DNA from: Eukaryota sp. TZLM1-RC
Lineage: Eukaryota; Protista; Metamonada: BaSk clade
Assembly (NCBI GenBank): GCA_040285825.1
Contig: JAUPSS010000002.1
Coordinates: forward strand, 3,782,001 to 3,846,000
Direction: 5' to 3'
DNA length: 64,000 nt
Positions 21,730-33,107 of this stretch are shown one piece after another. The first letter of the stretch is position 1. Each line of letters opens with the position of its first letter. The notes under the pieces were generated by a model. That model had not been told where the DNA came from and did no database searches. It saw only the letters and a list, made by a program, of their open reading frames with translations. A program made the translations under genes and the position numbers.

Positions 21730-22550
21730 TTAATTTTATTCAAAACCTATAAATCAACATCTAAATAATCCATCTCTCCCAAAACAAAAACACTAGATGC
21801 AACTCTCTCATAGTGAGATCCAAGAGAAAGCAAAGCATCAGAAACCATCTTCAACATCCCCTTAAAAATAGAAAACACAATTCTATTTTGCCAAAACAAT
21901 CTGTTGAAATTTCTGCCAGTTCTTCTCTTTACAATCATTTCAAAATCATCCAAAAAACGTAAAGCAGTTGGTGCAAGTGAACCAAAAAGGGAAAATTCAA
22001 ATGGATACAAATTGTATTTTGCTTGCTGTAGACTGGCCAATTTGGACAAAGGTTCATTGTATTTTTTGAATTTGAAATTTTCAGCATTTGAAAGAGGATT
22101 ATGAATTTCAGAATTAACTAGCCTTTCATTTGAGGCATTACAAGGATCAACAGACATTACATCCAATAAAATGAAACTTCCATCTAATCCAGGTAATATA
22201 ACATCACCTCTATTATTCTTATGAAAATCATCTTCAGTATCAAACAGATTTTACAATAGAGGTTCCAAGAAGGATTCAATTCTATGAGATTTACACATAC
22301 AATATAACTGGTCTCTTACAGCATCATGAACCTTGCTTCTAAAAGTAATAAAATGTTTGCAGTGTAACAAATGAGTAGTTGTAATTTCTCGAGAACATAT
22401 ACAAATTAAATTATGAGGTAAATTATCAGGCCAGATAAAGGAACGAAATCTCATATTTAGAGCCCAAGCAGAATCGGTTAAGAGAGTACCATAAACTTGA
22501 GGAATTGATGTTACTAAGGCAGAAGAAGTACTGTCACACTCATTCTTGAT
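21730..22550 (-). mobile_element. 3' fragment of RLE LINE family D
   Basis: CICS..HLLHC..HDAVRDQLYCMC; NRGDVILPG..LDVMSVDP..KFKKY; near-identical to about 53200-53995. Confidence 0.88.
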
Positions 22551-23459
22551 CAATTTTGTTAACAATGATTGCACGATGATAATGACAATCATTCAAATTT
22601 TTGCGGTAATTGAACAAATTTTTTTCCCACATTTTCGGAATTATAATTCGATCATAAAAAACAATACACAGTAAGCAAATTAAATTTTACCCAAGAAATA
22701 GCTATCTTATATCATTAAGAGAATTCATTTCAGATGATTTAAAATAACTGGCGAAATAACGTTACCTCCACTTAGTGACAAATTAAACCTACAGGTGGGC
22801 AATTGTGAATATGGTCATATGAATACAGAATTACTAATGCTTAAGGAATTCACAGTTAGAACCAACATTCCTTACAATATTACTGAATTGAACTCCGATC
22901 TTTGCAATTTATTCGGCAGTTTTCTTGAATTTTTTGTTATCTGCCATACAGTTTTACAATCAAGGTTCAATTAAATCAGTTGAAGTTGTTGATGATCAAT
23001 GCTTAATTGAGCTCTCCTGCTTTTCATGGTGAATTCAATACCCAGCTGATGAGTCTTTGAGTCGTGCTCTTCATAAATATCTAGTTATTCAAATAGAACT
23101 TGTTGTTTAATGTTCATATTTGTGAGATGCAAATATTAGTCTACAATTGAATGATGTATCTTCTGACCTTGGAAGATTGCTTTCGCAAATTTGGACCAAC
23201 TGTTTTTTCCCGCCTTTGTTCAAGCTGCAAAAAACTCTGGACCGATATTTCAAGATTTTTCCATAGCGACCAGTGAATCTTTCAGTGAATTGAGGGATCA
23301 CACATAATTTTGTTAGCGTTGAAAATGAAAATATACATATTGAAAAATTCTTCAGTGATTTTTTAGAATCTACAATGAAAATGAATGAGCTTGTAAAACA
23401 ATCTTTTATAATCTTTGAATTTGGAATATAAAAAAATTTGTTCTATTTATTTATCAATG

Positions 23460-23720
23460 ACTGAATAAAAACTCATCAAGTACACAACTAAAGCTCCACA
23501 TCCTCAAAACCTGCCTCTGCTACATCGGAACAATTAATTGCTGAAGATTCAGAAAAATTAAAAAGAAGAGAGTGAATAAGAAATTGATTTCACCATTCCC
23601 TTATAAACTGAAAATCAATCCGGCTTTGCCAGTAAACACGATGGAAAAATCTTCCAATCCTTTCCTTTGAAACTACATTGAAACAATCAGGGAAAGCCAA
23701 AGCAGCCTAACCTAATGTTT
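23460..23720 (-). mobile_element. Degenerate 3' fragment of LINE family B
   Basis: CTCCACATCCTCAAAACCTGCCTC..CCAGTAAACACGAT shared with 45960-46100. Confidence 0.75.
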
Positions 23721-23783
23721 CGAAAAGAAAAAATTTCAGATCATTTCCCTTGTGTTCAATAGATATACTTTGATCAACTCCTA

Positions 23784-24992
23784 ATGTCGAAGAGCTTTGT
23801 TCTTCGTCTTCATTCTAATGACACTGTTAGTGGAGCATCTATAATTTCTTTTGCCTCCCAACCTCCTCTTATAGATACACTTGATCCAGAATCTTCAAAT
23901 CCCACTGAGTTTCGTCGGTTTGTTGATTCTTCTCAGGGATCTCGTAAAAGAAGAAAGTCTCTGTTCATTAGTGCTCAAAATGACAAACAGCTCTTTTGTA
24001 GTGATGTTGCAACTCATCCAGATCCATATAACTACGCTATTGGACTTGTTGAGCCAGGATCTAAACGTATGAATGTTCTTCCTTGTCAACCTCCGATAGC
24101 TTTATATCAACAGTTTGACAGATTAATCAAGGAAGACGAGAACTCTTCACGAAGAGAACGTTATATGGAATTAGTCAGTACTTTTGGTTCAAAGAAACGT
24201 CAACAAAACCTCAAGACTAGAATGGCCAATCAAATTGATGAGACTTCACTGGACCATTCTGCATTTTTGGTCGACTCAATTGCCGACAGCCTTGATCCAG
24301 CACTTGTGGAAACTGATCCCGACGCCCTTGCACGGCTACTTCTGCCTAAATTTGATAAGGATACTACTGATGTTTCGAAGATTTACCCAGTTGAAACTTT
24401 GACAGAAGTGTGGGATGATTTGCCTTATAAATGGATCTTTCATGAATCAGATTCTGATTTATGGTGTGATTTGGCGTCGTTTTTTGTTAAGCAAATAGCT
24501 AAGGAAGATGAAACTAACGCAGAGGCTATTAAAAAAGCTAAACTTGCAGTTTTACTTGAATTTTTGGTTCGTTTACTGCGAATGTCACCTTCCGCTTTTA
24601 AAAACAAAAAAGCTCTCTCTGAGAAATTAGGTTCACCGCCACGTGTCGTTTTTGATTGGATAATTTCTACATTTTGTGATTCAACAGCTACTACCCATGG
24701 TAATTCTACCTCTTCATCACGTGGTTATTCGTTCAGCCAAGAGAATAAATCAAAGGCACAGTTGCTCACAGCTGTCATCTATATGCACCTACACAATTAC
24801 ACGGCTGATCCAGCCCCCTTCTGTGCCGCTATTAATATACCTTTAGTTACTGGAATCTTTATATTTAGGCAGATTGGATGTGCAGTTAAGACAGTTACTG
24901 CTGGTATTGATAAGTCTTCAACGGCTGTCTTGAAGGCTCCTTTGAAGTTACCTGATAACTATAAGATTGGGAGAAAGTTTAATAATCGATAG
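23784..24992 (+). CDS. RPA49: RNA polymerase I-associated factor A49/PAF53
   Basis: YAIGLVEP, LVSTFGSKKRQQ, LLPKFDKDTTDVSKIYPVETL, C-terminal FRQIGC..AVLKAPLKLP. Confidence 0.85.
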   Translation: MSKSFVLRLHSNDTVSGASIISFASQPPLIDTLDPESSNPTEFRRFVDSSQGSRKRRKSLFISAQNDKQLFCSDVATHPDPYNYAIGLVEPGSKRMNVLPCQPPIALYQQFDRLIKEDENSSRRERYMELVSTFGSKKRQQNLKTRMANQIDETSLDHSAFLVDSIADSLDPALVETDPDALARLLLPKFDKDTTDVSKIYPVETLTEVWDDLPYKWIFHESDSDLWCDLASFFVKQIAKEDETNAEAIKKAKLAVLLEFLVRLLRMSPSAFKNKKALSEKLGSPPRVVFDWIISTFCDSTATTHGNSTSSSRGYSFSQENKSKAQLLTAVIYMHLHNYTADPAPFCAAINIPLVTGIFIFRQIGCAVKTVTAGIDKSSTAVLKAPLKLPDNYKIGRKFNNR

Positions 24993-25355
24993 ATTTTGGC
25001 TAGGTTTTAATTTTAACTTTAACTTTTTTATTGTAGTTTGTTATTTGAATAAACCTTAATTTTGGCTGTTGAAGCTATAAACATGTAACTCAGCAAAAGG
25101 GAAGGCAAGTGTTTACTCTTCACCTACGTTCCACTGCTTGCGATAGATGCTTGATCTTTGCCAGTACAGAGTGAGTCCCTAATGAGAATGTTGCATGTGA
25201 TTCAATGAGCTGGCGTTCTCGTTCTATGAGTTGATTGTACTCTTGGGCTGAAATGAGGATAACGGCTGAGGTTATAACATACACAGTGACTCAATGGTGT
25301 GAGCGTCTATGGAATCCATAATGCAGGTAAATTAGTTTGATTACACATGAATTTA

Positions 25356-25955
25356 TTACAATTGTTCATAGTAGTCGAGTTCTTCTGCGTCATCTTCAAC
25401 AGGAGGAAGATCTAAATCGTCCTTCTTCTTGAACTGATCTCTCTTCAGTTTTTCCTGTTGTTTTCGGGAAAGTCTATCTATGTAATCACTGTCTAGTGTA
25501 GTGCCCTCAGGTGCTTTAATATTCATTCCAGATTTGGTATTTGAACACAAATTCATCCATGGATCCAGAATACGCTTAGTAAACTCTACCTTGATGTCTT
25601 GTTCCTTCACTCTTGTTTTTGTGGACAACAACCATCTTATCGAATCAAGAGTGGCCTGCTCAATGGTCCAAACGAAAGGAAACTCTTTGGCTCTTTTAAT
25701 ACTAGTATATTCAGATACGCCAGACAAATTTTCACAAATATTACGAGCACTTGTATCCATAACATCCATGACGACGGTGCCGAATGAATCACAGAGATGT
25801 TTGAAGTTGACCTCTGGAAAGTCTTTCCTAGCAGTGTTGCGACAAAATCTACGAGCCCAATCTGCAAAGTCCTGATAGTCTTCTATTTCTCCAAATTGAG
25901 AAGCACAACATATAGAAGCAAAGACAAGAACTATGAACAAAGGGAAGAAGTTCAT
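25356..25955 (-). CDS. Hypothetical secretory-pathway protein (signal peptide, spaced Cys; possibly saposin/canopy-like)
   Basis: Hydrophobic N-terminus MNFFPLFIVLVFASICCA; 199-aa open frame; C-terminal YEQL. Confidence 0.6.
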   Translation of the reverse strand: MNFFPLFIVLVFASICCASQFGEIEDYQDFADWARRFCRNTARKDFPEVNFKHLCDSFGTVVMDVMDTSARNICENLSGVSEYTSIKRAKEFPFVWTIEQATLDSIRWLLSTKTRVKEQDIKVEFTKRILDPWMNLCSNTKSGMNIKAPEGTTLDSDYIDRLSRKQQEKLKRDQFKKKDDLDLPPVEDDAEELDYYEQL

Positions 25956-25959
25956 TGAA

Positions 25960-26170
25960 ACAGATATTGTCTATAACAATGAAAAAAGTGTCCTTTTTAC
26001 ACCGATGTAGAGGGACTGAGTTTTTGAGAAGTGGAAGATTTTCTTCTTGATACCTTTTTCTTTGAACCTTTGTCAACCTTGGCTCTTTCTAGGTATTTCG
26101 GTCTATTTCCACCATTTACATGTGCTTCCATCACTGGCAACATATTCAGCGAAGCATTTCGATCTCTATT
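25960..26170 (-). ncRNA. Candidate Fanzor omegaRNA scaffold / right end (family 1)
   Basis: Overlaps the ORF 3' end; conserved with 31334-31541 up to a sharp boundary ...GACAATATCTGT; short stems GTCC..GGAC and ATTGT..ACAAT. Confidence 0.5.
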
Positions 26171-28519
26171 CCACAAACTTTCGCATGATTTACACATGGT
26201 AAACCCGTGACGAATAGACATCTCATGCCTCTTCCATGGCCTAGGATTTCTGGACCATCGAAACGTTTCAACTGTTTTCTCCGCTTTCTTACAGTTGAAA
26301 CAACAGCAACTCGTTCGAAACTCATCAATCAAAAAGACCTTATAACCAGTATTTTTAAATAGAATTCTCAACCCTTTTCCTTTGGTAGGTTCTTTGAATT
26401 TCTTGTGTTTTCGTTGTTCCCAGTCTCCAATTCCAATAACTACTTGGCTGGGATCACCAATTACTGATTTGAATCTCTGGATCATCTTCGCCTCAGATCT
26501 TGTGCGATTAATCTCAGCCCACCATCTTAGTTTCCTAAATATTTTTTGATGATAGACTTCACCAACAATACTATTCACAAAATTCTTTTGTTTAATATAT
26601 TCCATAAATCTATCAAACCTGCAGTTTTTGGAATTGAATTTGGATAAAGTTGCTTCCCATTCTGCTACAGGTTTAGTCGTGTGATCGTTATTTCTCAAAT
26701 TGAATGAGCAATCAATTTCGTGGGGAATATTGATTTCTTGAGGTACTTCACCTCTTAATAAACTAATTGTTCTTTCAGTCATTTGATTAATTATACTGCT
26801 GCTTAAATCCATCCTTTGTTGTTGCTCTTTGGATGGTTCATAATTGGATAGATCAATCACTCTACCAGTAGAGTTACTTATTGTGATAAAAGTGTCATTA
26901 CGTATGCTGTCTTTTATTCTTTTGAATTTGGAACTTCTCGACTCAAATCTTCGTTGATTTTGAGTGTACCTGAAATGAACATATTTATCTCTCTCAGGTT
27001 TTTTTGCATAGGTCATTCTAGTAGCTAAATTGACAGAAAAAAAGAGTAGATCAGATTTTCCTGAATCAGCAGCAGCAAGGGTCATATCATATCTTGGAAT
27101 TCAGAAGGATTGATGCTGAGGTCATCAATATATTTTTCTTTATTTTTTCACTCTTTGGCAGTTACTTTGTACTTTTTCAAGTCCATTCTAGATTGAATGA
27201 AACTTACTGCTATTCCATCAGTCTCGATACTAGACATGATGTACTTGGATCTTTCTGCATAAAGTTTAGTGTTTTTAATCACGTCCATTTTTAAAATGGT
27301 GTCCCATAAAACCAAATCAGCAGCTTGATTATTGCATTGGTAAGACGACCTTGGACCAAGAATGTCTTTGAATTGGACAAAGAACAAGTCCAACAAACTT
27401 GTCTTGTCAATTCTGATATACGAGGGAATACAAGAATTCTTCAAAGGCAGAGCATGAAAGAGTTTACTCTCTTCATTTTCTGGAGAAATTATTAATATAA
27501 AACAATGCCCTCAAATAGTAATTTGATTTTGATGAAAAATCAAATTTTGAATACTTTTCCCTATTAGAATTACTGGGAAGTAAAAGAGGTATCTGGTCAT
27601 TAATGAAAAGCGAAGTAATTGATGAGACTTTGTTTCTCATTGCAGAAGTTTCGCCATCAATATCTCTACATCCTACTAGAAGGGGGATTTAACTTTGTTG
27701 ATGAATGATGAGAAGTTTTTCTTATCCTGCATTTTCAGGACATTGTTGTTTCTCTTAACATCATAAAAAACATCGAAAGTAATGCTCCTGGATGTTATTT
27801 TTGAAATTCACAATCAGTTTGCCAATTGCGTAATACAAAACAATACTGATTCCTTTTTTTGATAAAACTTTTGGAACAAGTTTTTCTTTAAAGTGTTGGT
27901 GATAGAAATTCAACAACGGGGCACAACGAGAATTTTGCAAAGCTGTTTTTGTCTGTGGGCTGAGGGAATTTTCCTCCTCACTTTGGGACGTGGCCACAAG
28001 AAAAGCGTCACGAAATAATTGGGTTTCAATTTTTGGTAAAAAAGCATTTGGGTTGAAGTCAAAAAGATGCAAACAATAACCACAAATGAATTCTAAACCA
28101 ACAATAGAAATTTCCTGACACCTAATTACTGCCTCATCCATCACTTCAATCATTTTCGTATCTCTGATGACATTTTTTAGACTCTCCTTATAACCATCAT
28201 AAGGTTTATGTTTAACAGTTTCCATGAATTGGTCATTGTTAAAGAAATTAAATAATTTCATGGTTAAATCTGTATCCCTTAAACAATAAACTGCAACTGC
28301 AGTTCTTCTTTGGGATAAGGAAAAATCTGAGAAGGTATCATCTTCTTGAACCTTCCAATACTTTGCAATATATTGAGGATCAAGGTCAATTTTACTTTCC
28401 CCTAATAAAATTTTAGAAACTGTGTTGAGTTTGCGTGGTTGATAATAATTTGTGTAAATACTACAAGTATCAACAACAAATCGACCAGCAATTAAGGGGT
28501 TCAAGTGTTTGTGATTCAA
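25997..28519 (-). pseudogene. Fanzor (TnpB-like RuvC nuclease) family 1, fragmented, with N-terminal PolB exonuclease fragment
   Basis: RuvC-I AADSGKSDLL, IGIGDWEQ..EPTKGKGLR, RuvC-II IDEFRTSCCCFNC, CKSC..WNRDRNASLNM; IETDGIAVS; N-terminal YKESLKNVIRD..DEAVIRC; pieces 27761-28519, 27148-27444, 25997-27085. Confidence 0.9.
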
Positions 28520-28623
28520 TTCTATTAAATTTGAATGTGAGAAATTTGAAAATGATGTTCAATTGACAGAGATGATTTTGTGGAAAATAAAGGTTTCATA
28601 TAAACATTCTTAACATATTACAA

Positions 28624-29595
28624 ATGTTAGACTTTGCTGAACTTGAAGCTATGGCATGTGCTCCTCTTGAGAGGAAACAAAACACTGCCGTTGTTCAACC
28701 TTCTCATAAACATCGTTCTGCTTCTCCTGAAGTGCGTTCTTTCTCGCCCCCTCATAAACGTAGACATTCTGACAACGAAGATGACTATAGACTCAAAGTC
28801 AAACACTCTTCACCCCGCTATTACCGCCGCCGTGAAAGTCCACCACCAAAACGTCGTAGTAGTCGCGAAGAGCACTACCGCGATGATCGCAGACGACACA
28901 GAAGTTCACATTCTTCCCGACACAAGGAGGACCCATTTTTAGAATACAAACGACTCGCCATTCAATTGGCCGACGAAGCCGCTCAACGTGAACTATACAC
29001 AAGGAAGAAGGAAGAAGACCTCAAGAACAGAGAACGTCGTTCCATCCTTATAAACAGACTCCATCCCAAAGTAACAGAGTCTGATATCCACAAGTTTTTC
29101 TCTGGCAAAGTAGGTAATGTTATTTCTGTCAAACTAATCCGTGATCGTAATGGAAAAAGTAAAGGTATCGGGTATGTTGAATTTCCCGGCGAAGACTATG
29201 TTTTGAAGGCTGTGTTGTTGTCTGGAGCTTTGTTCCGAGGTCATCCAGTGTTAATTACTGAGTCAATGGCCGAGAGGAACCAGCAAGCCGAAGAATTGGC
29301 TCAGCAATTAAAGGCTTATGATGAAATGCCAAGTTCAATATTTATTGACAGAATACCCTTACATTTATTGGATGACCAAATTAAGGATTTATTTGTGGCT
29401 TTTGGAGCAATATCGGAGATCAAAATTGGTAAACCTTCAGATAAAGAGGATTCCAGGTACCTTTCTGCTTGGGTACACTATCAATCCTCACAAGCAGCTG
29501 CCAGGGCTCATTCTATGATGGATAGGTTTAGGATAATGGGTTCTAGGCTATGTGTTTCTTATAAAGGTCCTGAGCTGGTAGAGGTACGTCGATAA
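28624..29595 (+). CDS. RBM39/RBM23-like splicing factor (RS-rich region plus two RRMs)
   Basis: RS/RH-rich N-terminus; RNP1 KSKGIGYVEF followed by ITESMAERN; second RRM. Confidence 0.85.
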   Translation: MLDFAELEAMACAPLERKQNTAVVQPSHKHRSASPEVRSFSPPHKRRHSDNEDDYRLKVKHSSPRYYRRRESPPPKRRSSREEHYRDDRRRHRSSHSSRHKEDPFLEYKRLAIQLADEAAQRELYTRKKEEDLKNRERRSILINRLHPKVTESDIHKFFSGKVGNVISVKLIRDRNGKSKGIGYVEFPGEDYVLKAVLLSGALFRGHPVLITESMAERNQQAEELAQQLKAYDEMPSSIFIDRIPLHLLDDQIKDLFVAFGAISEIKIGKPSDKEDSRYLSAWVHYQSSQAAARAHSMMDRFRIMGSRLCVSYKGPELVEVRR

Positions 29596-30058
29596 AATTA
29601 GTTTTTTTTTTCGTTTTCTCTCTCGTTTTTTGGTGCTTTTATTCTTTTTAACTATATGGAATAAACAGCCATAAAATTTATTCATAGAAATTTGTTAGCC
29701 ACATTTACCTTATCAAAATTGGCTGGAAAGAACTATACAGCTGACAAATTTGAGCAAAATATAGTTTTTGGATAAATAAAATGAAGAATGTCAACAAATT
29801 TTGTTTGTAAGTTACATTTGTTATTTAATTACTTGCCACAATATTGATATGAAAAATTGGTTTGATTTAGGTGCTTTAAATTGGTTACAATAGATACAGA
29901 ACTTAATGATTCTCGCAAATTCAGTTAACTTGAATTTTCCTTGAATAATTTGAAATATTCAAGAGATAAACCAACTTTTATTTTCGAAAAATGAAAAATA
30001 AATGTTCCTATATGGAGCATCAAAAAAATATACCTCACAAAATAATAAAACAAAACAA

Positions 30059-31333
30059 TCAAAACCTTTCTAAAAATAGTAACACGCAATCAGAACTCAA
30101 AACCTGATCTTCTGTAACAGGATAAACTGATTTATCAAGTCCAAACCAATTGTTATTAATATTGACAAAACAAATAAACCTATCATTTGAGTGAGAAATA
30201 ACAAAAACTGTTTTAAACCGGCAACTTTCATCAGATGACGTCATCAAGGACAAATCAACGCAAGTCAGTTGAAAATCCAAGACTGTTATATTCTTTTTAA
30301 CTCCAAGAACATCATTTTCAAATCTATCAATAGATATTATTAAATATTTGGGAACAGGATCAAGGGTCATGACAACACGTGATTGATCGTCATCGATTGA
30401 AATTCGTTGACCATTGTATATTGACAATAAATCGTATAATGCGACTTTGGGTAATTGATTTTCTTTATGAACATCCTTAAATAAAGGTAAAGGAGGTGGT
30501 GTCAAGGTCAAAAATCTAAATATTTGACTCTTTGCCACGTCATCGATGACGTTTTTCTTCTTTATTCTCCCCTTTACACAGTTAAATGTTTTTGAAATAC
30601 TGTGGGGTGCATTTTGTAAAATTTGACTAATGAAAAGTGGCAAAAATTGACTGGGATTCGACATGTTGAATATTTCAGACTTACTATAACCATTTGATTG
30701 AATGAGCTTGACAAACAAAGATTGGCAGTCATCAATTGAAATTTGAGGTCTAATTAAAAAAGGATTCCAAAGAGTCACACAGAGCTTAGCGAATTGGTGT
30801 AGCAAATTTGAATCATCAAAGTTTGAAATTTTTGAATAATAAAGAAAGAAGACATTCCTTATTGGCTTAATTTGGCAAAATAATAGGCAAACAGAAGAAA
30901 AAAGGAAAGGATTAGAACTAACTAATGGCACAAAACCTGGGATGTAAACACTTTCATCTAATGCTTTTGCCTTCACAACAGAGTCGAAAAACAATGTTGG
31001 ATAGGGCAAACTGTCGAGACTTTGAGAGTCGAGGGATGTAGAGTAACGGTGATTGGGGACGAATGTGAGGAATTGCTTGAGATGGTCGAGGTATGGAGAG
31101 GTAACGGGTTTGTTTGTGAAGACAGATGAGGAAATGCCAGTTGTGAGGTCAATGAAGTACTCATGATCATTGGACAGTGCATGAAGGTAAGCAGGTGAGG
31201 ACTCCCTGCCGGAAGAGAAAAACAGACCACAATGGAGACAGCAAGAAAGGTTGAAATGTGAATAAGAAGATGAGCATATCCGGGGCTTATCAAAGTCTAT
31301 TATGGAGACATCAAGGAAAGAGAGGTCATTCAT
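30059..31333 (-). CDS. USP39: U4/U6.U5 tri-snRNP protein USP39/Sad1 (ZnF-UBP plus inactive USP domain)
   Basis: IDFDKPRICS..CCLHCG..AYLHAL..H; YIPGFVPL; LTLTPPPLPLFKD; KKNITVLDF. Likely start MNDL at 31333; the upstream part of the track ORF is Fanzor right-end DNA. Confidence 0.85.
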   Translation of the reverse strand: MNDLSFLDVSIIDFDKPRICSSSYSHFNLSCCLHCGLFFSSGRESSPAYLHALSNDHEYFIDLTTGISSSVFTNKPVTSPYLDHLKQFLTFVPNHRYSTSLDSQSLDSLPYPTLFFDSVVKAKALDESVYIPGFVPLVSSNPFLFSSVCLLFCQIKPIRNVFFLYYSKISNFDDSNLLHQFAKLCVTLWNPFLIRPQISIDDCQSLFVKLIQSNGYSKSEIFNMSNPSQFLPLFISQILQNAPHSISKTFNCVKGRIKKKNVIDDVAKSQIFRFLTLTPPPLPLFKDVHKENQLPKVALYDLLSIYNGQRISIDDDQSRVVMTLDPVPKYLIISIDRFENDVLGVKKNITVLDFQLTCVDLSLMTSSDESCRFKTVFVISHSNDRFICFVNINNNWFGLDKSVYPVTEDQVLSSDCVLLFLERF

Positions 31334-31541
31334 ACAGATATTGTCTATAACAATGAAATAAGTGTCCTTTTTACACTGATGTAGAGGGACTGAGTTTTTG
31401 AGAAGTGGAAGACTTTCTTCTTGATACCTTTTTCTTTGAACCTTCATCAACCTTTGCTCTTTGTAGGTATTTCGGTCTATTTCCACCTTTTACATGTGCT
31501 TCCATCACTGCTAACATATTCAGTGAAGCATTTCGATCTCT
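31334..31541 (-). mobile_element. Isolated 208-bp Fanzor family 1 right end (candidate stand-alone omegaRNA locus)
   Basis: Highly similar to 25960-26167; encodes RDRNASLNML..RPKYLQR..STSV*. Confidence 0.88.
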
Positions 31542-32186
31542 CATTGCAATCATTATTCTAGGGCAAGATAGAATTGATTTTCTTCAAAAGGAAGTTGAAA
31601 ATCAATGAAGTTTCTCATCAAATATTTTCACCTGACTCTCACTGCACAACAGTTAAATCTTGAGTTTTGGCAACTCAAAATAACAATAAGTATTGCAAAT
31701 GAGCAAAATCAGATTGGTCTAATTTGTCCAAAAACCCGTGGAGCATTATCTTTGCTAAATGAATTCATTGAAATTGTGAAACATCTTACATGAAGAGTTT
31801 TTGACAAACTGTTTTGGCAGATCAGAATTGTATTCGGGTGTTGTCCTTTTGTTATTTTCTGCTTTGTTATCTCATGGTCGTTTTTATGAAAGAAAAACTG
31901 CTTACCGATTCTTTTTGGTTGATTTGGGGTGTGAAGATATAGAATTTCAATTTTGGTTTTATTTTTTCATTACAATTAATAAATTTGTAAACAAATGATC
32001 AATGTTATATGAATAATTCCATCTAGTTTATAGAAAAAACCAGTCTAAGGATACTAAAAACTTGCAGAGAACAATTCATAAATGATTTTATAAATCAAAT
32101 CAACAATATATAAATGATGAAAAATGATGGCATAAATCAAAAAAAAACTAGAAGAGAACCACAAAAAATCCCACACAACACTAAAA

Positions 32187-33107
32187 CTATTCATCCTTCT
32201 CCTTTTCCTTCTCCCAAGGAGGAGTACCTTCCCATTCTGTGATGCCCATATCCTGCATAATCATCATTTGTAAATAAGGCGACTCCAGATAAGCATCAAA
32301 GGCATCCCTGGACAGATTGAACTTTTGCCGTATTCTGAAAGCAACATCTGCATAAGAACGAAAACCAAGCACGTGATACCTAATCAATCGGGTAAAAAAC
32401 ATTACTATATTGGGAATAAAAACCATATTTTTATAAATTAAACAATCTTTAAACCGAGGAAAATGTACTCCTCCCTTGAGTTGTATGGTGGTATTAGACA
32501 ATTCTTCAATTTGTTCAGCAACTTTGGCTTTCATAGTCCTTATTTGCTCATTGACATCAACTGAATTCTTCTTGGATCCTTTTGATTTTGATTGACTATT
32601 TGATTGTTGACGTAATCTTTTCTCTTCCTTCTTGACATAGCGTTCCAGCCTCTTTGTCTCCTCATCTATCTTCATGGCGAGTTGCTTCTGCGCTTGGTCA
32701 TACGTGACTCTATATCTGTAGTACTTGTAAAGATAATGCACAACAACAAAAATAGCATAAATGATTGGGAAGCCATATTTACCATCAATTGGCCTTCCAG
32801 TGGCAGAGTACCAGACAAATGTTCCATCTAATGTGGCGTCAAGTTCGGCTCTTTTGTCTGGATCCGAGAGTATTTCATAAGCTTCATTTATGAGGGACAT
32901 CATTTTCTCAGCCTTTTTGCTCATTTCTTGACTTCCCTGTTTGTCTGGATGGTATTTCAGCAACATTTTGCGAAATGAACGCTTGATTTGTTCAGAAGTA
33001 GCATTTCTGGGAACATTGAGAGTTTTGTAGAAGTCAAAGTGGCGGACTTCAGCAGAGGTCAAGGCAAAGACACAGAAAAGGAGGAGTAGAAGGGGGAAGT
33101 AGCGCAT
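32187..33107 (-). CDS. Secretory-pathway DnaJ protein (DNAJC25-like): signal peptide, J domain, TM segment
   Basis: MRYFPLLLLLFCVFALTSA; DFYKTLNV..YHPDK..INEAYEILSD; likely start 33107 because the upstream part of the track ORF is transposon DNA. Confidence 0.88.
   Translation of the reverse strand: MRYFPLLLLLFCVFALTSAEVRHFDFYKTLNVPRNATSEQIKRSFRKMLLKYHPDKQGSQEMSKKAEKMMSLINEAYEILSDPDKRAELDATLDGTFVWYSATGRPIDGKYGFPIIYAIFVVVHYLYKYYRYRVTYDQAQKQLAMKIDEETKRLERYVKKEEKRLRQQSNSQSKSKGSKKNSVDVNEQIRTMKAKVAEQIEELSNTTIQLKGGVHFPRFKDCLIYKNMVFIPNIVMFFTRLIRYHVLGFRSYADVAFRIRQKFNLSRDAFDAYLESPYLQMMIMQDMGITEWEGTPPWEKEKEKDE

Noticed and set aside
22600-23450. Possible decayed host gene (also 14950-15650, 18820-19470, 39700-40400, 47500-47920, 49000-49750)
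   Set aside because: Coding-like patches with many stops and no motif I can name
28520-28623. Left end or TIR of the family 1 Fanzor element
   Set aside because: No inverted match to the right end and no second copy to define the boundary
31334-31486. N-terminal 51 aa of track ORF 30059-31486
   Set aside because: Alternative frame of Fanzor right-end DNA; the same peptide appears at 25849-26076
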